DNA from: an uncultured Methanosarcinales archaeon
Lineage (GTDB): Archaea > Nanobdellota > Nanobdellia > Woesearchaeales > CAXGTL01
Reading direction: 5' to 3'
NCBI GenBank assembly: GCA_964535955.1
Contig: CAZHVK010000003.1
Span: 1 to 64,000, forward strand
DNA length: 64,000 nt
The notes under the pieces are model-generated. The model was not told where the DNA came from. It ran no database searches and was given only the letters and a program-made list of their open reading frames with translations. Every line of letters starts with the position of its first letter. The stretch's first letter is position 1. Position numbers and translations under genes: made by a program. This document shows, in pieces, positions 10,023-20,728 of the stretch.

Positions 10023-10994
10023 ATGACAGAATCAACCATTTGGACAGAAAAGTACAGACCTAAAGATTTCAATGAAATAAAAGGACAACAACATGTAATT
10101 GAAAGAGTAAAAGCATTTGTTGAACAAAAAAATATGCCACATCTATTATTTGCAGGACCAGCAGGCATAGGCAAATCAACAATATCATTAGTAATTGCAA
10201 GACAATTATTTGGTGAAGAATGGAGACAGAATTTCTTAGAATTAAATGCAAGTGATGACCGTGGAATAGATATTGTAAGAGTAAAAGTTAAAGATTTTGC
10301 AAGAACAAAAGCATTTGGCGATGTGCCATTTAAAATAATACTTTTAGATGAAGCAGATGCATTAACAAAAGAAGCACAACAAGCATTAAGAAGGACAATG
10401 GAGAATTATACAAAAACATGCAGATTCATCCTAAGTTGTAATTATATGTCAAAGATCCTTGACCCAATACAATCAAGGTGTGCTGTTTTCAAATTTAAAC
10501 CTTTGCCACAGAAAGAGATTTTTGAATTAATAGATAATATTGCAAAAAACGAATCATTGACACTGTCAGATGAAGCAAAATTAGCATTATTCAAAGCAAG
10601 TAATGGAGATTGCAGAAAACTTGAAAATATAATGCAGAGTTGTGCAGTTATCTCAAAAAATATAACACAAGAAATAATATATTCAATGGCATCAATGGCA
10701 CAACCAGAAGAAATCAAACAAATTCTAGAGCTAGCACTAAAAAACAAGTTCATAGAATCAAGAAACATGCTACTTGACACAATGTTAAACTACGGCTTAA
10801 GCGGCTTAGATGTAATAAAACAAATATCTAGACAAGCGTGGAACCTTGACATATCAGGAAGAGCAAAGGTAATGTTAATAGATAAAACTGGTGATGTAGA
10901 GTTTAGATTAACTGAAGGTTCTGATGAATTCTTACAATTAGAAGCATTATTAGCTTATGCTACTTTGTTAGGAGAAAAAGAAGAAAAGGCCTAA
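10023..10994 (+). CDS. rfcS: Replication factor C small subunit
   Basis: WTEKYRP, GPAGIGKS, LELNASDDRG, DEADALT, QSRC; no intein. Confidence 0.97.
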   Translation: MTESTIWTEKYRPKDFNEIKGQQHVIERVKAFVEQKNMPHLLFAGPAGIGKSTISLVIARQLFGEEWRQNFLELNASDDRGIDIVRVKVKDFARTKAFGDVPFKIILLDEADALTKEAQQALRRTMENYTKTCRFILSCNYMSKILDPIQSRCAVFKFKPLPQKEIFELIDNIAKNESLTLSDEAKLALFKASNGDCRKLENIMQSCAVISKNITQEIIYSMASMAQPEEIKQILELALKNKFIESRNMLLDTMLNYGLSGLDVIKQISRQAWNLDISGRAKVMLIDKTGDVEFRLTEGSDEFLQLEALLAYATLLGEKEEKA

Positions 10995-11074
10995 AGAAAA
11001 CAATAGTAACAAAATAAAGTAATAATAATTAAAAAAGAAAACAAAAAAACATAAATTAAAAATAAATAAAAAGA

Positions 11075-12055
11075 TTAACTTACATCCCTAATCTTCAAAT
11101 CCTTTTGTAAACTTTGGAAATATCTATATTCCAACTCAAAACTCATAACTTTTTCAAATATAGTGTCCACATCTTCAACATTTAGTGTACAGGATAATTG
11201 TCTTTCTGCTTTACTAAACAAAGTAATATATCCTTCTGATTTATCAACATTACTTCCACTACCAGAATCTAAACCACTACATTGAGGTTTTTTTCCATCA
11301 ACATCATTCAAAACTTTGAAATAGACTTTATATCTGTCTGAATTTGATTCTATTTCTTCACAATCAGTTCCTCTTTTAAAGAATGAATCTTCAGGTGAAC
11401 CAACATGTGCAATTGTAAACAATAATTGAATCTTTCCTTCACCAACAGGATTTTGTTTCACAGATGTTATCTGAACAGGTCCTCCAGAATTTTCAACATC
11501 TTTTTCTTCACTTACTTTACAAATTTTATCAGTATCAAGGCCTCTTAATAATTCTTTTTTAACGCAAATCTTTGATGCAGCTCTTGTTTTATAATTATAG
11601 CAAATATCAGCTGTAATTTGTAGACTAGATTCACCAGGCAGATCTTGTTTATATTTTAAATCAGGAAATTCAACAATAGCTAATCCTCCCTTAATTCTGT
11701 CACCATCTAAACTTCTTTTAGCGCCTTTTATCTCATCATCAACATTCTTTTTTAAATCACTTTGTCCAGTTTTACCAAAATCCTTTGCATTGATACCAAC
11801 TATTTCTATATAACCATCATTTTCTAGAACATCGGCTTCACCCATATTTTCTAGTTTAATACCTATACCAAAGTTTTGTTTATCATTATCAAGAATGCTA
11901 TCAGGAGGCATCCCATCAACAAATTCTGCTTTAAGTCCTGCTTGCCCACCTAAAAATGCATTACCAGGTGAAGTTTGTTCTTCTGTATCACCACAACCAG
12001 ATAAACTAAAAACTAATAAACATATTACAAACATTAAAAACATTTTCTTAATCAT
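11075..12055 (-). CDS. Lipoprotein, paralog family A
   Basis: Lipobox LSGC; shares G..GL..EF...PP, Y.Y.T...C, GGPV.IT.V and LEY.Y motifs with neighbours. Confidence 0.75.
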   Translation of the reverse strand: MIKKMFLMFVICLLVFSLSGCGDTEEQTSPGNAFLGGQAGLKAEFVDGMPPDSILDNDKQNFGIGIKLENMGEADVLENDGYIEIVGINAKDFGKTGQSDLKKNVDDEIKGAKRSLDGDRIKGGLAIVEFPDLKYKQDLPGESSLQITADICYNYKTRAASKICVKKELLRGLDTDKICKVSEEKDVENSGGPVQITSVKQNPVGEGKIQLLFTIAHVGSPEDSFFKRGTDCEEIESNSDRYKVYFKVLNDVDGKKPQCSGLDSGSGSNVDKSEGYITLFSKAERQLSCTLNVEDVDTIFEKVMSFELEYRYFQSLQKDLKIRDVS

Positions 12056-12084
12056 AATTAATCACCTTCTTTTTATTTTGTTAT

Positions 12085-13272
12085 TTAAGTAGTTACCAAA
12101 TGAATTTGAATATCATCATATTTAAAATCCCAAACATCATGACCATCAGGATCTTCACGATAACCAAAATATTTTTGTCCATCTGAGCCAACAGGATATC
12201 TACCATATGATCCAAATCCATAATTAGGATACAATGAATCATATTCATCATCAGCAATTTTATTTATTTTTACTTTTTTCTTAATATCCTGCATATAACC
12301 ATAATAAAGTGTTATTCTTAAAGCAGTTACATATTCAAAAGCTTTTTGACCAAAATCAATTGTGTGAGTAATGATAGCTTTATTATTATGTAATCTAACT
12401 TTTCCTGCTCCAGAAGTTTGAAAATTTCCACCAATATTTATTTTCATTCCAGTATTATCACCAATATCAATAACAATTCCATCATCTTCATATCTAACCC
12501 CACCAATAGCATAACCAGTAATACCTAAGGAATTAGGAACAGATATTGCATAACCTATAAAATCATAATCTCTTGGATATCTTAGATCAACAGGCAATTT
12601 ACCAAGTCTAACTAATTTTCCACCACCAACATTTGAAACATGAATATTAAATTGTATTTTTCCTCTTCCAATTGGTATAGGTTCAACCTTAGTAATAGCT
12701 ATAGGCCCTCCTTGACCACCTGATAAAGAAACAGGCCTCATTTCACATGCTTTTTTTCCAAGCCTATTAAAATTAGGATCAATACAAACCATAACAGAAG
12801 TATCTGTAACATATTCATAAACAGATGATACCATTAAAGGAACCTCAATAAAATCAACAATTGAATTAAGATTCAAAAGTCCAGGAATTTCTTCTACACA
12901 AATCCCTCCTGCAGGGTTGTGCTTTGATCTTCCTTCTATATATTCAACACCACAATTATCAGGATTAGGAAACTTATATTGAGAAGGTAAATCAATAATA
13001 TTGGTATCAAACCCTCGTAAATACATTACACCTTTCATTGGTGCTGTACCTATATTCTTCATTTCTACTGCAACATTTATTTCATTACCAGTAGAAGCTG
13101 TTATTTTATTAGGTGGATTATGTTCTAAGAATTTCATCTGCAAACCTTTAGTACCAACATGAACTTTCTCAGGAACATTGTCATAATCCCTTTGACAACT
13201 TATAAGAAAAAGAGATAAAAATAAAACTAATAAAATCAATGAAATTTTATTAATAATCACCTTTTTTTTCAT
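12085..13272 (-). CDS. Lipoprotein, paralog family A
   Basis: Lipobox LISC; GTKGLQMKF...PP, YEYVT...CIDP, GGPIAITKV, LYYGY. Confidence 0.75.
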   Translation of the reverse strand: MKKKVIINKISLILLVLFLSLFLISCQRDYDNVPEKVHVGTKGLQMKFLEHNPPNKITASTGNEINVAVEMKNIGTAPMKGVMYLRGFDTNIIDLPSQYKFPNPDNCGVEYIEGRSKHNPAGGICVEEIPGLLNLNSIVDFIEVPLMVSSVYEYVTDTSVMVCIDPNFNRLGKKACEMRPVSLSGGQGGPIAITKVEPIPIGRGKIQFNIHVSNVGGGKLVRLGKLPVDLRYPRDYDFIGYAISVPNSLGITGYAIGGVRYEDDGIVIDIGDNTGMKINIGGNFQTSGAGKVRLHNNKAIITHTIDFGQKAFEYVTALRITLYYGYMQDIKKKVKINKIADDEYDSLYPNYGFGSYGRYPVGSDGQKYFGYREDPDGHDVWDFKYDDIQIHLVTT

Positions 13273-13319
13273 CTTATATAGTATTTTATGAATATATATA
13301 TATAAAGGTTTTGGAAACC

Positions 13320-14303
13320 TTAACCAATCTTTTCAATCTTAAAATCCCTTGCAATATTAAACATATAGCCATAATCAAGCTGAATAACTAATGATGTCAC
13401 ATACTCACCAAGTTGTGTAGTATCAATTTCGCAAATAGTTTCTCCTAATTTACCATTAGTTAATTTAACAACACCATTATTCCTGCATTTTATATTATCT
13501 ATTCCTAACTTAACCTTTACTTTGACAAGATCAAAAACTCTTCTACGTTTTTCACTATCTAATTCTTTATTAGAGCACATTTCTTCTGAAATACCAGGGA
13601 TAATAACATTTCCTCTACCATCATTTCCTACTTTGATTCTAAATATATGTCTAACCTTATTTCCTGTAATCCTTTTACTTAAAACATCAACTTTCTTAAC
13701 ATTAACAGGTGCTCCTTGTGTACCTGGTGCAAAATTACCACCAACACATGCTTTACTAGACATATCTTTTCTTATTTCAACAGGGTCTAAACAAATACTT
13801 TCTTCTAGGATAGTTTGATAATCATAACAACTAAAGATCCTCGCAGAAGTATCTTGCAATCTACTCAATGAAATATCTTTTGAAGTAGTATATATTTCTA
13901 AAGGAGCATACCCACCAATAGGATTATCAATAGATTTTCCTTCTAAGTCAAAAACAATTAAATCTGTTTTATCCTCATTATTAAAGTTTATTTCATTAAT
14001 AGACATATAATCTTCTTCAACACCAATAGAAATTACTCCATTCTTTATATCACTTGCACCTAAATTTTCTACTGATAAAGCAATTAATATGTTTGGATCA
14101 TTTTCAAAAACCACATTAGGTGGTGCATCTTTAATAAATTTTATTTCCAAACCTTTGTTTCCTTTTCTTAGATCTTTCATTGTAAACTGTGTACCACCAC
14201 CATCTATAGGTGTGCAACCAGATACAATAATTGACAAGATAATGGTGAGTACAATAATAAAAAGCTTACAATTTTTATTCATACTTTTTTTTATTTTTTT
14301 CAT
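13320..14303 (-). CDS. Lipoprotein, paralog family A
   Basis: Lipobox VSGC; GNKGLEIKF...PP, YDYQT...CLDP, GAPVNVKKV, LDYGY. Confidence 0.75.
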   Translation of the reverse strand: MKKIKKSMNKNCKLFIIVLTIILSIIVSGCTPIDGGGTQFTMKDLRKGNKGLEIKFIKDAPPNVVFENDPNILIALSVENLGASDIKNGVISIGVEEDYMSINEINFNNEDKTDLIVFDLEGKSIDNPIGGYAPLEIYTTSKDISLSRLQDTSARIFSCYDYQTILEESICLDPVEIRKDMSSKACVGGNFAPGTQGAPVNVKKVDVLSKRITGNKVRHIFRIKVGNDGRGNVIIPGISEEMCSNKELDSEKRRRVFDLVKVKVKLGIDNIKCRNNGVVKLTNGKLGETICEIDTTQLGEYVTSLVIQLDYGYMFNIARDFKIEKIG

Positions 14304-14310
14304 TTTTCAT

Positions 14311-17300
14311 TTATGTGACATATTGATTAGCAAAAGATTTTACTTTTTCAACATAATCATCATTAATACCTGCACCCCAGCCATTATAACTTCTTATACC
14401 ATAATCAATACCATAATATCTTTTCCCATTTCCATCAAACACTTTTCCATTTTTTGGTGCACGATCAAGACCTATTTTAAAAATAGTTAAACCAATCCTT
14501 ATATTGTACTCAGGACTTGATTTAATCCTACTAAAATCATAATTCCCAAACACACCACTTGTCCATTTTCTATTTATCTGCATTATTCCATAATCATGAT
14601 TACCACCAGGATTTCTGCCAATAAGAACACTTCCATCACTTTTAAACTGTTTAAATGTACCACCAGACTCAATATGTGCAATTCCTAAAGCAATATGCTC
14701 TTCAATACCCTTTTCTCGAGCAATATCTCTTATCATTTGCTTATTCTTAGCAGGATCATCTTCTGCAAATGTCATTGTTCCACCAGTTCCACCAGTACCA
14801 CCAGTGCCACCAATCCCTCCACCACTGGTACCACCACCAGCGCTATCTGTTCCAGAAACAGGAACGCATTTTTCATCTTTCCAAATACAATTTGCAGTAC
14901 CACAAGCATCTGTTTCACAAGATACACTATTAGGATACATATCACACCTAGATATCATTCCTTTACAAGGAGCACAGCTGCTATATTTATTATTAATATA
15001 AATAGGATAACAATAATAATCACACATATCTTTTGAACATTCATAATTATCATAATCACTACATTCATCAATATCTTTACATTCAGGTTTATCAGATCTT
15101 GAATCTTTTCTTTTATTACCATTACAATTTCTTTCTATCTTGACTTCAACATATTCACAATCTCTTTTACTGCAAAAACATCCATCATAATCCTGACAAA
15201 AATCTTCACAATTTTCAAGCTCTGTTTGCATTCCATCACCTTTTTTATACATGATTGTAGTTTTTTTAGTCATTTCATAATCATATTTAATAAGAATCTT
15301 TATGTATTTAGTAGTGATCGGACCAGAATCCAAAGCTTCTAAAGTAGGTGTTATTCTACAATAAAAATTCTTCACATCCCCCCCTCTTAAATCTAGATCT
15401 CTTTTAAAATGCTCTGCATTAATTTCATACACATCAGAATCATCAATGACTTTTTTATTAAGAGTATAAGAGCCGCATTCTAATTCAATTCCTTTTGGTA
15501 CAATAATCCAAAACAAATTAATTCTTTTAACAACACCTTTCCACCTATTATCAATAGTTATTCCTAATCTTGTCGACCTTTTTTGATTTTCTGGTTTAAC
15601 ACCTAATGGCAAATCTTGTAAAGGTTCCATTCCAATCATAATTGGCCCATTTGTATAGACAGCCATTGGATTTAAATCTTTTATTGAATAAAATTTTAAT
15701 ACTTCATGACCAGATCTTTTTAAATCACGTTTTTTATATTCATTCATTAAATAAGTTTTAAGATAAGCTTTTGTTGTAAATGGAAATCTTACATTAACAT
15801 TAACTGATTCACTGGTTTTATCTTCATCTAATTCACCTTTATAGATACTACATTCAAAACCTTCACCACCTCCTGCAAGATCAAACATTTCCAAGACAGG
15901 TGGTTGAGGATCTATAACTCCGTCGATTCTTATTTTTTTAGTATTAACACCACATGATAAATTTATTGATTGATCTCTCATACAATCAGGATAATTTGCA
16001 TAAAGTCTTCTGCTTACAGTACTAGGAACAAATGAATTTCCTATTGAATCTGAATCTGAACCATCTGCATCTTGTTCTTGATCATTATATTTTGTAAAAT
16101 CAATACTGGCAGGTTCTTTATTATATAAATTAATCATAGCTCTGATTATGTCTTCTTCCATGTCACTAATATCTATTTTATCTCTTAATTTATCTTCAAG
16201 AGACCTTCCAACACTTTCTATATCTTCTACATTTTCAGTAGTGTCTGATGATGAAAAAACAGAAACATCACCATAATCAATATACTCATCACAATCTTCA
16301 AGATCTAATGTATCTCCTTTTAGATCAACTCCAACAATAGCATACTGTTCATCATCATGTAAAAAAAATCTTTTTTCATAAGGCTGAACTTTTTCAATAA
16401 ACACTCCAAGATTCTGTTTAGAATATCTATCAACTTGACCTGTATAATAATCACCCTGCCCAATCAGCATCTGCCTATTTCCCCATGATTTTAAATCATG
16501 CCATGATTCATTAAGCCAAGATATAAAATCAACCTGAACAACATCTTTATATTCACTAGCTTTCATAGCATTAAACATTATTACTCCAGGAATATCTTGT
16601 ACTCTTCCACCTGCTAAAATAGCAAACGGTGCTGTTATAAGAAGAACACCCATAACAATTACAAAAAGAATTTTACCAAGCTTAGCAGTAAATCCACTTA
16701 CACTTGATTTTTCTTTACTATTTAATGCTCTTGTAGCACTTCCTGTAAGGTAAGCAATTAATCCTGCAATCAAAAATGCTGGAAATAAATGTCCCCAGCC
16801 AAATAAACTAAGGATTAAATCAATAATGCCAATAATTGCAAAACCAGGCCCCCACAATATGATACCACACAAAATTATTCCTAATGCATCTACACCAATT
16901 GCAAAAGATATTCCAGGCAACCAAAAGAAAACAGCGGCGTCAAGAGCGTCAAGTATAAGAGAAACCAAGAATTTCATGCCAACACTTCTACCAGATCGTC
17001 CTCCAGATCTTCTATCTCTTTCTCTTTTTGTTTCAAGGTACATAAAAAATTTATAGCCCATAGGCATAAACAATTCAATAATAACAAAAATAGCAATAAT
17101 CACAGCTTGAAGATAAACACTTTTTGTGCTAATACCAACCCAAACAAACAATGATATCAATACAAGTTTAAAGATTTTTCCTATATTGCTATCTTTTTTT
17201 ATTTCACCAAATAATTGAATATCAAGATAATGAATAAATCTTGGTTTAAACATCAAAAGTAAAAATAAGATTGTTAATCCAGCAGTCACATAAACACTAT

Positions 17301-17688
17301 TATCTCTAAATAGGTATGCAAGAAAAAGAAATATAAAAAAAATAATCCAAAAAATTAAACTAGATTCATCAAATATTGAGACTTTTTTAAAAAATGGATG
17401 ATCATCACCACCACCTAAGAAAAGATTCTTAAAACCAGATTTTTTATGTTTTTTATGGCTTCTACCTTCAGCCATTTTTTCTGCCTCTGCTTCTTCTTCA
17501 GATGCTTCTTCTTCTGCTTCTTCTTCTGCTTCTTCTTTTGCTTCTTCTTCTGATTCTTCTTCAGCCCCTTCTTTTTTCTTTTTCAAAATATCAGCAACTT
17601 CACCAGCAGCAATACCTTCTGGCCCAGCCACACCAGATTTTAAAGCATCTACAGCTACATCTTCTGTTTTCTTTTTATTACCAGTCAT
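14311..17688 (-). CDS. Polytopic membrane protein with C-terminal SLT-type lytic transglycosylase domain
   Basis: Glu-rich N-terminus, several TM helices, large extracellular region, Cys-rich segment, GGT-repeat linker, then IAHIESGG, GIMQIN, PEYNIRIG, SYNG, YVEKV. Confidence 0.8.
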   Translation of the reverse strand: MTGNKKKTEDVAVDALKSGVAGPEGIAAGEVADILKKKKEGAEEESEEEAKEEAEEEAEEEASEEEAEAEKMAEGRSHKKHKKSGFKNLFLGGGDDHPFFKKVSIFDESSLIFWIIFFIFLFLAYLFRDNSVYVTAGLTILFLLLMFKPRFIHYLDIQLFGEIKKDSNIGKIFKLVLISLFVWVGISTKSVYLQAVIIAIFVIIELFMPMGYKFFMYLETKRERDRRSGGRSGRSVGMKFLVSLILDALDAAVFFWLPGISFAIGVDALGIILCGIILWGPGFAIIGIIDLILSLFGWGHLFPAFLIAGLIAYLTGSATRALNSKEKSSVSGFTAKLGKILFVIVMGVLLITAPFAILAGGRVQDIPGVIMFNAMKASEYKDVVQVDFISWLNESWHDLKSWGNRQMLIGQGDYYTGQVDRYSKQNLGVFIEKVQPYEKRFFLHDDEQYAIVGVDLKGDTLDLEDCDEYIDYGDVSVFSSSDTTENVEDIESVGRSLEDKLRDKIDISDMEEDIIRAMINLYNKEPASIDFTKYNDQEQDADGSDSDSIGNSFVPSTVSRRLYANYPDCMRDQSINLSCGVNTKKIRIDGVIDPQPPVLEMFDLAGGGEGFECSIYKGELDEDKTSESVNVNVRFPFTTKAYLKTYLMNEYKKRDLKRSGHEVLKFYSIKDLNPMAVYTNGPIMIGMEPLQDLPLGVKPENQKRSTRLGITIDNRWKGVVKRINLFWIIVPKGIELECGSYTLNKKVIDDSDVYEINAEHFKRDLDLRGGDVKNFYCRITPTLEALDSGPITTKYIKILIKYDYEMTKKTTIMYKKGDGMQTELENCEDFCQDYDGCFCSKRDCEYVEVKIERNCNGNKRKDSRSDKPECKDIDECSDYDNYECSKDMCDYYCYPIYINNKYSSCAPCKGMISRCDMYPNSVSCETDACGTANCIWKDEKCVPVSGTDSAGGGTSGGGIGGTGGTGGTGGTMTFAEDDPAKNKQMIRDIAREKGIEEHIALGIAHIESGGTFKQFKSDGSVLIGRNPGGNHDYGIMQINRKWTSGVFGNYDFSRIKSSPEYNIRIGLTIFKIGLDRAPKNGKVFDGNGKRYYGIDYGIRSYNGWGAGINDDYVEKVKSFANQYVT

Positions 17689-17730
17689 TAATCATATCCT
17701 CTTTTTTAAATATTTAATAAACAAAAAAAA

Positions 17731-19428
17731 TTACTTTTGTTCCACAGTTACTTTTATTTCAGCAATCTCAACAGATTTTTCAGGTTTTATTCTTAAAGTG
17801 TTATAATTTTCAATTACTTTAGAAGAGATATCCCTAGAAACACTATCCTTCTTTGTAACAATCAGGTCTTTTTTACCATTCATACTTAATTCAAATTCTT
17901 TTTTATTATCATCATCAAGTAATTTAAAGTCTAATAAGACCCTATAGCCACTTCTCAATTTTGATTCCATCACACTCACTTCTTCACAAACCTCTGGTTC
18001 GTCACTATCTCCATCTTCATATCCTGAATAACAATCATCACATTCACCAGATGTAACAGAAACTTCACACACACTGGTGATTCCTGTTACAGGTACTTCA
18101 TCACACCAATAATTATCATCATCATCTTCATAACAACAATCTTTATCATAATTGATATTACAACCATCAGGACATTCATCATCAGTATCATCACCACACA
18201 TTTCATTACATGCTTCAGCAGAGTCTCCATCATCATCTTCATAACCAGTTAAACATCTAGAACACTTAGCTTCATCAACAGCAGAAACACATCTATCATC
18301 CATATCATCTGTTTCTATATCGCACCAAAAATTATCATTACTTTCAGCAAAACAACAATCTATGTCTTCATCTTCATCACACCCTGAAATACATTCACCA
18401 TCTACATCACCACATCTTTGTTCTTTAACTTCTTTAAAATAGTCTTCATCCATACTAAAATAATAAGCATAGTCTTCTCTTTTTTCCACATTAGCACTTA
18501 GATCCATATGACTGATTAAATATTCTCCTTTTGTAGTTGAAAATAAGATATTATTGTCACCTTCTTTAATCAATTCATGACTAAACTCAAATTTTTCTCC
18601 TACATTACAACTGGGTGATCCTTGGTATACTTCATTATCATTGATCTCAATTGTCAATGCACCTACCTTTTTTTGGTCGCATCTAGGATTAAATTTTAGT
18701 TCCATTTTTTTAGCAGAGTCTAGTTCATCCTTAGAAACATAAAACTTAGTCTTTGTTACTAAATGAGAAACATCTGCTATTGTTGCAACAAACTTAATTT
18801 TCTCAAGATAATATTCATTTCTCTTCCAAAACTTTAATCCAGGAGAAGAAACACTAAATTCTATTAAATTATTTTGTTTCAATAAACTACTTTTCACATT
18901 AATTGGTCCAACAATACCTTGTGATGAAAAACCTTCATAAATAATTTCATCATTAAACTTAATTACCAGATCCCCAGATGATTTTATTACATTAAAATCA
19001 ATCAAGATATTTTTTGTGTTCTTAGAATCTTCTAACACCAATACTAGAAGCTTTGGTTGATTATTAAATAAACTTCTTTTAGTAGTTAAAGTATTATATT
19101 CATCCAAAATAACACCACTTGATTCTTCAAATAATTTAATCCTTGGCAGAATATGATGAATTCTATCATCGCCTTGTATACTCAATAAACCAGGATTTTC
19201 TAACAATAATATCTTTTCGTCAGATTCTCCTTCTCCTTCACCTTCTGCTTCCCCTTCACCAGGAATAATAATTGGAGTTCCTCCATCACCACCTAATATA
19301 TCTGCTCTTTGTTCTGGAGGTAAGAACAAGATATAAAGAATAATCATCAAAGCAATAATTGCAACCAAAACAGCTGCAGAACCACCACCAGCTTCTTGTG
19401 CTTTATTATTTAAGTTCTTTCTAAGCAT
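17731..19428 (-). CDS. Class III signal-peptide (pilin-like) surface protein with Cys/Asp-rich repeats
   Basis: NNKA|QEAGGGSAAVLVAIIALMIILYILFLPP; duplicated CG.....C..GC....D.DCC......WC module. Confidence 0.75.
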   Translation of the reverse strand: MLRKNLNNKAQEAGGGSAAVLVAIIALMIILYILFLPPEQRADILGGDGGTPIIIPGEGEAEGEGEGESDEKILLLENPGLLSIQGDDRIHHILPRIKLFEESSGVILDEYNTLTTKRSLFNNQPKLLVLVLEDSKNTKNILIDFNVIKSSGDLVIKFNDEIIYEGFSSQGIVGPINVKSSLLKQNNLIEFSVSSPGLKFWKRNEYYLEKIKFVATIADVSHLVTKTKFYVSKDELDSAKKMELKFNPRCDQKKVGALTIEINDNEVYQGSPSCNVGEKFEFSHELIKEGDNNILFSTTKGEYLISHMDLSANVEKREDYAYYFSMDEDYFKEVKEQRCGDVDGECISGCDEDEDIDCCFAESNDNFWCDIETDDMDDRCVSAVDEAKCSRCLTGYEDDDGDSAEACNEMCGDDTDDECPDGCNINYDKDCCYEDDDDNYWCDEVPVTGITSVCEVSVTSGECDDCYSGYEDGDSDEPEVCEEVSVMESKLRSGYRVLLDFKLLDDDNKKEFELSMNGKKDLIVTKKDSVSRDISSKVIENYNTLRIKPEKSVEIAEIKVTVEQK

Positions 19429-19603
19429 TATTTACCACCCATTTTTATTTTTTGTAATAATCATCATAAATGTCAAATATATATATGATACTCATATCTA
19501 TATAAGTCATTATAAATAGATTTATATATAAATCTTATCTTTTTTTATATATATAACAAGCATACCAGACCCATGCTCAAGAATAATCAACAACCAAACC
19601 AAG

Positions 19604-19656
19604 CATAGCCCTTTAGAGGAAAAGGGTGGGTGGTGGGGCTGTGGAAGGTGGGAAAT
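19604..19656 (+). promoter_or_regulatory. G-rich structured leader element, copy 1 (upstream of pelA)
   Basis: GGGTGGGTGGTGGGGC...GGTGGGAAAT in an AT-rich context; near-copy at 47899-47957. Confidence 0.4.
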
Positions 19657-19660
19657 TAAT

Positions 19661-20728
19661 ATGAAAATCATCCACAAAAACCTAAAAAAAGGAATATTAA
19701 AGATAAAGATTGAAAACCTTGATGATCTATGGTACTTAAGCCAAATAATAGACTCAAATGATGTTGTTAAAGGAAAAACAATTAGAAAGATAAAACTTGG
19801 AGATGGTTCTGACAAAAAAACAAAAATCATTAAAAAAACAATATTTATAGCAATATCTGTAAAAAAAATAGAATTTCATAAATATTCAAATATATTAAGG
19901 GCAAGTGGAAAAATCATAGCAGGGCCTGATGATATTTCAAAAGGATCATATCATACATTCAACTTAGAACCAGGAACAATCATCACAATTGAAAAAACAA
20001 AATTCTTAAAATATCAAATAGAAAAGATTGATGAAGCAATCAAGCCGACAAAATCAAAAATCTTGATTTGTGTCTTTGATAGGGAAGAATCATTCTTTGC
20101 AATCAGCAAAAAATATGGTTATGAACTTCTGAGTTCTATCAAAGGCGAAGTTGCAAAAAAAGATCAAAAAATAACAATCACAAAATCTTTTTACAAAGAA
20201 ATAATCAAACAATTGGAACAATATGATAAACGATACAAACCAACAAATATAGTGGTAGCAAGTCCAGCATTTTGGAAAGAAGATCTCATGAAAGAACAAT
20301 CACTTAGAAAAGAACTAAAAAAGAAAATAGTTCTTGCAACATGTTCATCAGTTAAACAAAATGCAATAAATGAAGTTTTAAAAAGACAAGAAGTTCAGGC
20401 AATCATGAAACAAGATAGGATTGCAAAAGAGGTTAACCTAGTCGAAGAACTAATGCAAGAGATATCTAAAGAAGGAAAAGCAGTCTATGGCTTAAGACAG
20501 ACAAAAAAGATTGCAGAAACAGGTGCAATTGCAAAGCTTCTGATCACAGACAAATTCATACAAAAAAAAAGACAACAAGAAAAATTTTATTCAATAGAAA
20601 AATTGATGAAACAGATAGACAGTATGCAGGGTGACATATTCATAATCTCTAGTGATCACGACGCTGGCAAGAGATTGGATGGTTTAGGTGGGATTGGTGG
20701 GATTTTGAGGTATAAGATTAATTATTGA
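19661..20728 (+). CDS. pelA: Pelota/Dom34 ribosome rescue factor
   Basis: ENLDDLWYL, IEFHKYSNILRASGKI, GSYHTFNL, LDGLGGIGGILRY. Confidence 0.95.
   Translation: MKIIHKNLKKGILKIKIENLDDLWYLSQIIDSNDVVKGKTIRKIKLGDGSDKKTKIIKKTIFIAISVKKIEFHKYSNILRASGKIIAGPDDISKGSYHTFNLEPGTIITIEKTKFLKYQIEKIDEAIKPTKSKILICVFDREESFFAISKKYGYELLSSIKGEVAKKDQKITITKSFYKEIIKQLEQYDKRYKPTNIVVASPAFWKEDLMKEQSLRKELKKKIVLATCSSVKQNAINEVLKRQEVQAIMKQDRIAKEVNLVEELMQEISKEGKAVYGLRQTKKIAETGAIAKLLITDKFIQKKRQQEKFYSIEKLMKQIDSMQGDIFIISSDHDAGKRLDGLGGIGGILRYKINY

Noticed and set aside
17488..17570. 12-nt tandem repeat
   Set aside because: Encodes a low-complexity (EEEA)n acidic stretch within a CDS; no independent function evident
19518..19535. 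Perfect 18-bp palindrome AGATTTATATATAAATCT
   Set aside because: Adequately explained as overlapping TATA boxes of divergent promoters; similar arrangements near 7995 and 46820
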